Shown piece by piece: positions 1-8,671 of a DNA stretch of 32,000 nucleotides. Source of the stretch: Caedibacter taeniospiralis. Lineage in GTDB: Bacteria > Pseudomonadota > Gammaproteobacteria > Francisellales > Francisellaceae. The notes beneath the pieces were generated by a model. That model did no database searches. It saw nothing but the letters and a program-made list of their open reading frames with translations, and was not told the origin of the DNA. Within the stretch, counting starts at the first letter, position 1, and every line of letters starts with the position of its first letter. The translations under genes were made by a program, and so were the position numbers. The stretch lies in NCBI RefSeq assembly GCF_002803295.2, contig NZ_PGGB02000007.1:41366-73365 (forward strand), read 5' to 3'.

Positions 1-103
1 GGCTGAACTAAAAACCCAATCACAGGTAAAGCGCATTTTAAAACTGGGTTTTGCGTTTAATCATAAGCGAGTCATTGTCAAACACCATTTGCAAATGGGG
101 TAG
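1..103 (+). CDS. 3' end of an AAA-ATPase-like / PD-(D/E)XK nuclease family protein (partial, starts before window)
   Basis: Frame +2 reads AELKTQSQVKRILKLGFAFNHKRVIVKHHLQMG*, closely matching the C-terminus of the 8672..10441 product (AELKAQSQVKRILKLGLAFNHKRVVVKHALTERG...). Absent from the supplied ORF track. Confidence 0.88.
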   Translation, partial: AELKTQSQVKRILKLGFAFNHKRVIVKHHLQMG

Positions 104-160
104 CGAGTTGTGATTGTGACACTGATTACTCACGCCGACACGTTGCACAAGCCCATTAGT
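103..160. repeat. Dispersed intergenic repeat, copy 1
   Basis: GCGAGTTGTGATTGTGACACACTGATTACTCACGCCGACACGTTGCACAAGCCCATTA resembles 25055..25130. Confidence 0.7.
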
Positions 161-170
161 TCAAAGCTTA

Positions 171-3100
171 TTAAGGCGTTTCAAAGCAATAGATTGGGTA
201 AGCTTCCTGGCACTGAGGAACTGAGGTAGCGGAAGGTCCAGTGTAAGCAGTGTCGTAAGTAGTCCAGAACCCTGGGTTTTTATTGCCTATATACCCATAG
301 TTAGTCAGCCCTTTCATATTATAATACCACTTTCCGAGTGTCCAGTTGGAACAAGAGCCAAGCTCAGTGGAGTCAATAAAAGTTCCATCTTTTCTCGTAC
401 CTGTTCTGGCATAATTACTACTGGCACCATGAGAATCGTATATTCCATTGATTGGTGTTCCATCAAATAACGCTCCTGTTCTGAAAATCTCAAGGTTGTA
501 ACTCCAGCTGCCTGTGTAGGATAACGAGCTATTGTAGTTAATATTATCTTTGGCATTTGTCGTGGAGGTACTAAACCACGCTTTAAAGGTACGACCATCC
601 TCAGGGTTGTTCTGATCCAGGGCACAGATATTATTGGCTTTTTCAATGGGACTAGCTCCAGTGACCAATGTGCTGCCTTGATTTAATTTCCAAGAGGTAT
701 TGTCTCCATTGACTATGCTATAAGAGGTAAACAGGCGACAAATTTCACTGTAAGCACAGCCCACTGCCGCATTAAAGCTTAGATTATTATTGCTTAGTGT
801 TTGTGCATTGGCAGAGGTGGTAAAGGTGTAGTCTCCTGGCGTAGCTGGCACTTCCCAATCTACCGTACAGCTTGAATGCCCTGCAAGACTTGTGCCACAG
901 GTATTATTACTCACCGTCATATTAAAGGAAAGCCCTGTAATCTCAGTGTCTCCTATGTTTTCCAGTTTAATCGTCGCCTTATCCTGCCCATGTTTTACCG
1001 TAGGAGAGGGAAGGTTCAAGGGGCGATTCGTGTTATTGATCACTCTGTAACTCGTGTAAAGAGGATTATTTTCCTTATAAGCGTAGGATAGATAGCCCAA
1101 AGAAACCTCCACATTAAAGTCTTGCAACTCACTGTCAAGTGAAAGATTATTATGCGCTCTAAGCATTAAGCTGTAGCTTGCTCGCGTGCTATTGGCATTG
1201 GTTTGAATGCCAATCGCGCAACTGGCGTGAGCTGCCACAGGATCACCACTTAAACAGCTTGCACCCGCTGTGGGCGCTACAATAGTGACGTTCGTGGTAT
1301 TACATGTATCTACACCATCTGCCGTGCAGGCAATCACATAGTCAGCTGTACTGTTGGATGGGTCCCATGCAGTGGTTTCACTTGTGTTAGTAATCGTAAC
1401 ATCGGTTATTTTACCCCCTGTAGCAGGACGGTTGATATTGCCACTATCTCCAATATCATCTATTGCCACGGTTACACCCGCGACATTCACACTCATATAG
1501 GTGTTACCATCGCAGTTGACGCAGTTTTGCGCGTTGCCAAAAGCGGTGTAGCTGTAGGTGCCATCACTGACAGCATTATCAGCAGCAATCTCGAAGCTGC
1601 AAGTAGCATTTCTTGCAAGGGTTATAGGAGTGCTTTGCGTGCCACAGCTGCTACTTATTGGGGGAAGCTCATTGGGGGCAATAATAAAGAAGTCATTGAT
1701 ATTCGTATCACCTTCATTATGAACCGTTACTGTCTGTGCCACAGGATTCGAGCTCTTGCCAATATCCAGTGTTTGCGGATCAAACCTCACAAGCCCAAGT
1801 TTATCGATGACAGTAAAAGCAAAACTTTGCGTCTTGGCAAGGTTGGTAGACTGACGCACATGAAGCTTGTGGCTACCAGCATGTGCATTACTGGTTAGTT
1901 GTAACCCCAGACTACAACTGCTAAGAGGTGCGACATCCTGACCCAAGAGGCAATAAGGCTCAGTAAGTCCTGTGCCTACAATAGATAGTCCACTGATATC
2001 CCCTTCGGCAATTACGTAGTCAGCGATATTGGTGGATGGATGCCAGTCAAAGCTTGAGTTATTGGTGAGGATTATTTCACTGACACGACTGCCACTATTA
2101 GGAACAGGAACAGGAGCTAAAGTAGATGCTGCAAGAGTAACACCTTCAACACTCACAGGGATTGAATGAGACACAGCCTGCCCATCTGATGTACCTGCGA
2201 CGGTGATCGTAAGCGCATCTTCTCCCATGCCTTCAGGCGCCCCAAGCGTAAAACTGCAGCTTGCCCCAGCAGCGAGTGTCGCAGCATTACAGGTGTCATT
2301 GGAACTTGTTAATGGTGTGGGCACAGTAAGCACGATATTACTTATGGGTGTTTTCCCTGTATTTTGAAGCGTGATCGTTTGATTATTCATAATTTTTATG
2401 GAGATGCTGTTGATGGTAGTAGTTCCTGCTTCATCGGCAAATTGAAACATACCCAGTAAATCTTTCGTCACAAAAGATCGACTTGCTTTGGTTGTCAGAT
2501 TTTTAGCTGGAGAGAGAACTAAAACATACGACAATGCTTCTGTGTTTTCATTGGTTTGAATGCCAATATTACAACTGGCTCCCGGCGCCACCTCATCTGC
2601 TTTAAGACAGTTTATGCCTGAAGTTGGGGCGGTGGTTGTGATATTGTCTAGGCTACAAGTTTGTGTAACACCAGGGGCACAGCTAATTGCATAGTTGCGT
2701 ATGTTTGTGGAAGGCTCCCAAGGGATTGACGAGTGTGTATTGGTGATGGCGACATTTATTATTTCACTACCTGATGCTGGATGTCTAATGCTGTCATTAT
2801 TCCCAATCACGCCAATGGACACCGTAACACCCAAAACGCTAACAAGCGCTTGTGCACTGCCATCACAATTAGCGCAATTGGCAGCATCACCATAAGCACT
2901 ATAGCTGTAGCTGCCATCTGGCACTGCATTATCAGCGGCTACCTCGAAGCTGCAGCTTGCGTTTTTAGCTAAGGTGACTGGGGTACTTTGTGTACCACAG
3001 CTGCTGTTCGTTGCAGGAAGTGCCACGGGTTCTGCAATGTAGAAATTATCAATATCCGTGTTGCCAAGATTATTAACAGTGATCGTCTGTGACGTGGGAT

Positions 3101-6100
3101 TGGAAGCTTTGCCCAGGCTAAGCGTTTGTGGATCAAAACTCACCAGTCCCAGTTTGTCGATAACATTGAAGGCAAAGCTTTGTGTTGTCGCAAGATTAGT
3201 TGCTTTTTGGAGACGTAAGTTATAGTTGCCTGCCTGTGCACTACTTTCAATCGCTAGACCAAGACTGCAGCTACTTCCAGGGGCAACAGCAGCACCCGAT
3301 AGACAGTAAGGCTGTGTCAATCCAGTTGCTACGATAGACATTCCACTGGTGTTGACCCCCGTGATGATGTAGTCAGCGATATTGGTGGAGGGATGCCAGT
3401 CAAAGCTGGAACTATTAGTGAGTATCACTTCAGTGACACTCTTACCTGTATGTGGAACTGGGATAGCTGAAAGAGTCGACATGGTAAGATGAATTCCCAG
3501 AACGTTTACAGGCATCGAATGCGACACTGTCTGCCCGTCTGATGTACCGTTGACCGCGATCGTAAGATCGCTTTCCCCCATGCCATCAGGCGCGTTCACA
3601 CTAAAGCTGCAGCTTACATCAGGGGCTAACGTCGTCCCATCGCAGCTATTATTGGAGGCTACAAGCGGCGAAGGAATAGTGAGTGCCACATTACTCACAG
3701 GCGTTTCCCCTGTATTGTGCAGGGTAATCGTTTCTATATCCCCGATATTGAGACTCATGCTATCGATTTGGTTTCCACGATCATCTTGAAATTGAAACAT
3801 CCCAAGCAGGTCTTTGACGATAAAATTTTTACTATGTCGATCTGTTAAATTCTCCACAGGCAGTAGTGTCAGAACATAAGCATCTGCTTGTGTATTTTCA
3901 TTAGTTTGAATACCGATATTGCAACTTGTGTTGGGACTCACGGCACTTGTAGTCAAACAGCTTATCCCTGCAGTTGGCGCCACAATCATGATATTTGCTG
4001 GATTACACGTGGCAGGACCTCCCGACGCACAGCTAATAAAATAATCGCTTAACTGATGTGACGGTCTCCAGGGCATTTCTCTATTGGTATTGGTGATGCT
4101 TACATTGGTTATTGCATTGCCTGTTTGAGGACGTCTTATGCTGTTATTGTCCCCAATGACACCAATGGCAATCGTAACCCCTGTAACCATAACTTGTGCG
4201 CGAGCAGTGCCATCACAGTTAGCACAATTTTCAGCATTTCCATAAGCGATATAGTCGTAAGTATCCTCTAAAACTGAGTTATCAGCAGAAACATCAAAAC
4301 TGCAACTGCTATTTGTTGCAAGTGTTATTGGTGCCCCTTCTGTGCCACAAGTATTACTTGTTGTTGCTAACTCTATGGGTGCCACAATGTAAAAACTACT
4401 GATAGCCGTATCGCCTGTATTTTGGACGCTCACAGTTTTGATCGTGGGATTTGAGCCCTTGCCTATATTCAATGACGCAGGATTAAAGCTCACCCATCCC
4501 AATTTAGCGATGATATCAAAATCTACGCCGTAAGAGCTGGCAAGATCAGTGGCTTGTCTTAGCGTTAAACTATAACTGCCCACCATAGCAGAATCTTCAA
4601 CTTGTATGCCAATCGCACATACCCCACCTGCAGAGACAATAACCCCAGACAAACAATAAGGATGCGATAATCCTGTGCCCACAAGGGACAAGGCAGTGGG
4701 ATCGACTCCTGTAATTTCATAGTCACTAAGGTTAGTAGATGGATGCCAGTCAAAGCTTGAGGTGTTGGTGATCACCACTTCAGCAATACGACTGCCGCTA
4801 TTGGGAATGGGAATCGCAGATAACGGGTCAATGGCGAGTGTCACTCCTTCAACGCTCAGATTTAGCACATGCGATATACTTTCGTTGTCGCTAAGACCAT
4901 GGGCTGAAATGGTGAAATTGTTAGCACCCATGCCATAAGAAGCATTGACGGTAAATGAGCAACTTGTGCCAGGCTGTAAAGTTGTGCCAGTGCAGCTATT
5001 GCTTGAGACTATCAATGCGCTAGGAATATTGAGGCTAAGCTCACTAATTGCAGTTTCCCCAATATTTGTAAGTTTGAAGGTTTGCGTATCACCGAGCTTA
5101 ATTCTCGTGCTATTGATTGGATTATTCGTTTCATCGGTAAATTGAAATATCCCCAATAATCCCTTAACCGTGAAAGCCCTGGTTTGCTGGCTGGTTAAAT
5201 TTTTTGCAGGCAATAAGCTGATCGTGTAATTGCCTGGCAATGTGCTCATGTTGGTTTGAATGCCAACATGACAAATGTTGCCTGGTGCTACAGGGCTGCC
5301 ACTTAGACAGTTGACTCCAGAGATCGGTGCTACAATTCTGATATTGGTGGTATTGCAGGCGCTGGTATTACCCTGTGCGCAGCTGATCACATAGTCACTT
5401 GTTTTAGTCGACGGATTCCAAGGTTCTTCCTCATTCTCATTGATAGTGGTAAGATTCGTAACCTCACTCCCCACTGCTGGATGCCTGATATTGTCGTTAT
5501 CTCCAATGACCCCAAGTGATACCGTAACACCGCCAACAGTCACTGGCATCGTTGTATTTCCAGAGCAATTAATACAACTTTGAGCATCTCCAAAAGCGCT
5601 ATAGTGGTAAGTATTGTTTACGACAGAAGTATCCGCGGAAACCTCAAAGCTGCAGCTGTTATTGGTTGCAAGAGTTATGGGTGCGCTCAAGCTTCCGCAG
5701 CCGTTGTTGGTTGTTGTCAGCTCATCAGAAGAAGCAATGTAAAAATGAGTGATATCGGTATTGCCAACGTTGCGGAGTGTGACCATTTGCGGCATGGGGT
5801 TGATGCCTTTGCCAATGCTGAGCGTCTGTGGCTCAAAACGCACAAAACCTAAGGCATTAATTAAATCAAACTCAATCGCATATGCTTTAGCCAGGTTAGC
5901 GGCTTGCTTAATATCCAAAGCGTAACTGCCAACTTTAACAGCTGAAGCAACCTGTAGTCCAACAGCATAGCTGCCACCTGGAGGGATTGGAGCACCTGAC
6001 AAACAATAGGGGTGTGATAATCCTGTTCCCACCAGAGAAATGCTACTGGTGTCTTCCCCTGTGATTTCATAATTGGCTTGGTTGCTTGAGGGGTGCCAAT

Positions 6101-8090
6101 CAAAATCAGAGAGATTGGTAAGAACTATCTCACTAATACTTTGACCGCTATTGGGTATTTCGATGGCCGATAATGGCGTAACAGAAAGCGTGATACCTTC
6201 AGTACTGATGACTATGGAGTGTGATACCACTTCGGTATTAGATACGCCCATAACCTTGATGGTAAAATCACCTTCTCCCGTGCCATCGGGCGCAATGAAA
6301 GTAAATTGGCAACTTGCATTTGCCGCAAGTGTTACCCTGTTACACGTATTGCTGGAGAGTGTTAATGGTGTAGGGGTAGTCAGAAGCACATTACTAATCG
6401 CGGTCTGACCGATATTGTGAACTGTCACGGTTTGGCTCTGACCAATTTTAAGATGGATAGTATCGAGCTGACTATTACGATCATCTCTCAATTGAAACAT
6501 GCCAAGCCTGCCTCTTATCGAAAAAGTTTTGGTTTGTTGACTACTGAGATTTCCTGAGGGTAATACAGTGAGAATATAATTGCCTGGCTGGGTATTAGGA
6601 TTAAGTTTAACCGCTAAGGTACAGCTTTCAGCAGGAAGAACGGGATTACCTGTAAGATAATCACTGTTATTCAAACCTTCATCGAGGATTTCGATATTCT
6701 CTGCAGCCAGACTTTGACCTTCTGGCGTGATCATATAGTTTGCTCTCAAATTTGAAGGTATCCAGTTGAGTTTCCCTGTATTGGTAATGCTGATATTCAC
6801 GACTTCTTCAGCGGTTGTTGGGATACTTACAGCGTTGTCTGTTGCAATATTTTCGATGCTGATATCGGCAGATGCCACCTCAACAGTAGTTTGACTGACA
6901 AAGCTATTACCCGAGAGATCTCTATAGCGAATTCTCAGTGATTTATTGTTTTGTGATCGAGCCGCGCGTTCAGCATTTAAAATAATAGTGCAATTATTTC
7001 TAGCCTCATCACCATTCTCGGCAAGCATACTACCCATTTTGCAGCTGCCACCCTTGCGCGTAACTCCCGTGGGTAAATTTAATTGAATATCACTAATCAT
7101 GAGGGCGGTATTCGCCAGATTTTTAAGAGTAATCGTTTGATACTGACTAGGATCTGACAGTATAACGCTACTGTTGAGTTTTCCTGGTGCTGCTGAAATG
7201 TCTAAGGTGGGCGCGAGTTTATTTCTTAAATTAGCGGCATTCACGACTAAAATTTGAGATGTGGGATTGTCTGCAAGCTCGCTATAATGCGCTAAAATGG
7301 CGTCACTGACATCAGATCCTGCACGTAAATCAAAGCTGATTTGAGCAGATTGCCCTGGGGTTAAGTTGGCAGCACGCCCATTTTGGGTATACAAAATGCT
7401 GCTTGAACCATCCTGATTTTGGCTTAACACCCCACCTGCGATCTTTTTGATCTTGGTGGATAACCACGTCGGAATATTGATGCTGATATTGTTTAAAGCC
7501 ACTGTATTATCAGAAGGATTTAACACAGTAATAACGGCGGTACTATCAGGTGAGATGACGGTAGTATGTGTCAATTTAGCCATGGGTAGAAGCGTGTTGC
7601 CCGTGCCCACAAACTCTGTTTTAACAGGTAGTTTAAGCGTTTGTGAATTAGTTTTAACCTCAATATCACCACTGACTGTGGCACCATCTGTACGACTTTC
7701 AAGCAAAGCCTTAATTGCACAGCTTGGGTTGCTCACAGACAAAACCAATCCTATTTTACAATCAGGCAGCCCACTGCTATTAGGTACTTGATTCCATGTC
7801 ACGCCATCGGCTACTGGAAAGTTAATGGCAGTAATGGCAACCCCTGTTTCTTCAGCACCAGCACCAAGCGCCAAGGCAGCAGCCTGGGAACCTGCATTGA
7901 TGATGGCTTCAAAAACACCTTCTCGATTCGTTGCCATACGTTCAGCCAGCAAGGTTGATGCGTTTATTTGAATAGATTTGAATGCATCTGAGTCAGATGT
8001 GGGACTAGATTGATCAGCTGTATTACATCCTGTCATTGCCCCAGATAGGATAATGCTTGCCAATAGTGCAATCAGCTTATATTTTTTCAC
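171..8090 (-). CDS. Giant modular lipoprotein with four ~450-aa super-modules and a C-terminal DUF1554-like domain
   Basis: 2639-aa ORF. N-terminus MKKYKLIALLASIILSGAMTGCN carries a signal peptide and lipobox. Immunoglobulin/ASH-like beta modules repeat (FDWHPS, LGxVxFxPxxLxxGK, GVIGDN, LLGMFQF). C-terminus (KAWFS...CSNWT...YCFE) resembles DUF1554-type domains. Confidence 0.9.
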   Translation of the reverse strand: MKKYKLIALLASIILSGAMTGCNTADQSSPTSDSDAFKSIQINASTLLAERMATNREGVFEAIINAGSQAAALALGAGAEETGVAITAINFPVADGVTWNQVPNSSGLPDCKIGLVLSVSNPSCAIKALLESRTDGATVSGDIEVKTNSQTLKLPVKTEFVGTGNTLLPMAKLTHTTVISPDSTAVITVLNPSDNTVALNNISINIPTWLSTKIKKIAGGVLSQNQDGSSSILYTQNGRAANLTPGQSAQISFDLRAGSDVSDAILAHYSELADNPTSQILVVNAANLRNKLAPTLDISAAPGKLNSSVILSDPSQYQTITLKNLANTALMISDIQLNLPTGVTRKGGSCKMGSMLAENGDEARNNCTIILNAERAARSQNNKSLRIRYRDLSGNSFVSQTTVEVASADISIENIATDNAVSIPTTAEEVVNISITNTGKLNWIPSNLRANYMITPEGQSLAAENIEILDEGLNNSDYLTGNPVLPAESCTLAVKLNPNTQPGNYILTVLPSGNLSSQQTKTFSIRGRLGMFQLRDDRNSQLDTIHLKIGQSQTVTVHNIGQTAISNVLLTTPTPLTLSSNTCNRVTLAANASCQFTFIAPDGTGEGDFTIKVMGVSNTEVVSHSIVISTEGITLSVTPLSAIEIPNSGQSISEIVLTNLSDFDWHPSSNQANYEITGEDTSSISLVGTGLSHPYCLSGAPIPPGGSYAVGLQVASAVKVGSYALDIKQAANLAKAYAIEFDLINALGFVRFEPQTLSIGKGINPMPQMVTLRNVGNTDITHFYIASSDELTTTNNGCGSLSAPITLATNNSCSFEVSADTSVVNNTYHYSAFGDAQSCINCSGNTTMPVTVGGVTVSLGVIGDNDNIRHPAVGSEVTNLTTINENEEEPWNPSTKTSDYVISCAQGNTSACNTTNIRIVAPISGVNCLSGSPVAPGNICHVGIQTNMSTLPGNYTISLLPAKNLTSQQTRAFTVKGLLGIFQFTDETNNPINSTRIKLGDTQTFKLTNIGETAISELSLNIPSALIVSSNSCTGTTLQPGTSCSFTVNASYGMGANNFTISAHGLSDNESISHVLNLSVEGVTLAIDPLSAIPIPNSGSRIAEVVITNTSSFDWHPSTNLSDYEITGVDPTALSLVGTGLSHPYCLSGVIVSAGGVCAIGIQVEDSAMVGSYSLTLRQATDLASSYGVDFDIIAKLGWVSFNPASLNIGKGSNPTIKTVSVQNTGDTAISSFYIVAPIELATTSNTCGTEGAPITLATNSSCSFDVSADNSVLEDTYDYIAYGNAENCANCDGTARAQVMVTGVTIAIGVIGDNNSIRRPQTGNAITNVSITNTNREMPWRPSHQLSDYFISCASGGPATCNPANIMIVAPTAGISCLTTSAVSPNTSCNIGIQTNENTQADAYVLTLLPVENLTDRHSKNFIVKDLLGMFQFQDDRGNQIDSMSLNIGDIETITLHNTGETPVSNVALTIPSPLVASNNSCDGTTLAPDVSCSFSVNAPDGMGESDLTIAVNGTSDGQTVSHSMPVNVLGIHLTMSTLSAIPVPHTGKSVTEVILTNSSSFDWHPSTNIADYIITGVNTSGMSIVATGLTQPYCLSGAAVAPGSSCSLGLAIESSAQAGNYNLRLQKATNLATTQSFAFNVIDKLGLVSFDPQTLSLGKASNPTSQTITVNNLGNTDIDNFYIAEPVALPATNSSCGTQSTPVTLAKNASCSFEVAADNAVPDGSYSYSAYGDAANCANCDGSAQALVSVLGVTVSIGVIGNNDSIRHPASGSEIINVAITNTHSSIPWEPSTNIRNYAISCAPGVTQTCSLDNITTTAPTSGINCLKADEVAPGASCNIGIQTNENTEALSYVLVLSPAKNLTTKASRSFVTKDLLGMFQFADEAGTTTINSISIKIMNNQTITLQNTGKTPISNIVLTVPTPLTSSNDTCNAATLAAGASCSFTLGAPEGMGEDALTITVAGTSDGQAVSHSIPVSVEGVTLAASTLAPVPVPNSGSRVSEIILTNNSSFDWHPSTNIADYVIAEGDISGLSIVGTGLTEPYCLLGQDVAPLSSCSLGLQLTSNAHAGSHKLHVRQSTNLAKTQSFAFTVIDKLGLVRFDPQTLDIGKSSNPVAQTVTVHNEGDTNINDFFIIAPNELPPISSSCGTQSTPITLARNATCSFEIAADNAVSDGTYSYTAFGNAQNCVNCDGNTYMSVNVAGVTVAIDDIGDSGNINRPATGGKITDVTITNTSETTAWDPSNSTADYVIACTADGVDTCNTTNVTIVAPTAGASCLSGDPVAAHASCAIGIQTNANSTRASYSLMLRAHNNLSLDSELQDFNVEVSLGYLSYAYKENNPLYTSYRVINNTNRPLNLPSPTVKHGQDKATIKLENIGDTEITGLSFNMTVSNNTCGTSLAGHSSCTVDWEVPATPGDYTFTTSANAQTLSNNNLSFNAAVGCAYSEICRLFTSYSIVNGDNTSWKLNQGSTLVTGASPIEKANNICALDQNNPEDGRTFKAWFSTSTTNAKDNINYNSSLSYTGSWSYNLEIFRTGALFDGTPINGIYDSHGASSNYARTGTRKDGTFIDSTELGSCSNWTLGKWYYNMKGLTNYGYIGNKNPGFWTTYDTAYTGPSATSVPQCQEAYPIYCFETP
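1131..6530 (-). repeat. Four in-frame tandem super-repeats of about 1350 nt
   Basis: Marker attgaaaYat at 2441, 3791, 5141, 6491 (spacing exactly 1350). Marker tgccaRtc at 2041, 3394, 4744, 6094. Outer boundaries approximate. Confidence 0.9.
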
Positions 8091-8182
8091 GCTTTTTCTC
8101 CTTTACGCATTCTTATGATAACGGTATGATTTTTAGTCACAAGAATGATACGATTTGAGAAAATCGCATAAAAGGATATTTT

Positions 8183-8215
8183 TTGATCCACGGTGGCAGA
8201 ATTTACCACCATAGA
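8183..8215. promoter_or_regulatory. Conserved upstream element of the giant lipoprotein gene
   Basis: TTTTGATCCACGGTGGCAGAATTTACCACCATA aligns without gaps to 21830..21862 upstream of the paralog. A shared gtcacaag box lies exactly 47 nt away in both. Confidence 0.5.
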
Positions 8216-8226
8216 GTAAATTATTC

Positions 8227-8475
8227 ACTGAAGTTACGCACTTTTGCTGCACTACCCCGCCTCGCAGGCTCGGCACCCCTTCACTTGTGAAGGGGAATTT
8301 TTGATGAGCCTGCCCTAAAATTCCCCTTCGTTAGCGAAGGGGGTGAAGCCTGTCTTGGAGAGCATAAACTGCTTTATGCTCTCAAGGCTGAGCGCTGTAA
8401 GCTCCGCGCACAGCTGGAGGATATGCGAAGCAGACGGGGTAGTCTTCAAACTCAGTAAAAGTCCGTAACTTCAGT
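8227..8475. mobile_element. MITE-like non-coding element, ~249 bp
   Basis: 23-bp terminal inverted repeats: left ACTGAAGTTACGCACTTTTGCTG, right (reverse complement) ACTGAAGTTACGGACTTTTACTG, 2 mismatches. Second inner pair ACTACCCCG/CGGGGTAGT. Internal hairpins CCCCTTCAC-tt-GTGAAGGGG, CCCCTTCG-ttag-CGAAGGGG and GAGAGCATAAA-ctgc-TTTATGCTCTC. No convincing ORF. Confidence 0.72.
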
Positions 8476-8671
8476 TAATTAAGACATTAAGCAAAGCTAA
8501 TGGGCTTACTCTCCCTTCGCTTCTGAAGGCAAGATTTGAAACAACGGTGAGGAAATATAAAGAAATAGGAGTTCGAAACTCAATGACTGAAGTTATTACG
8601 CATTTGATGGTAACTTTGCAACGATATTGCTACCATAGGCACCAGACTTTACTGTAAAAACAAAGTAGCTT

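Noticed and set aside
85-98. CCATTTGCAAATGG perfect palindrome
   Set aside because: It is inside the 3' coding tail of the truncated ATPase/nuclease gene, and one short palindrome is expected by chance.
1131-6530. CRISPR-like interpretation of the periodic repeats
   Set aside because: The period is 1350 nt, in frame and protein-coding. There are no short direct repeats with unique spacers.
314-7791. Numerous 60-130-aa ORFs antisense or in other frames over the giant lipoprotein gene
   Set aside because: They are shadow ORFs repeating with the 1350-nt unit, with no RBS, domain or independent support.
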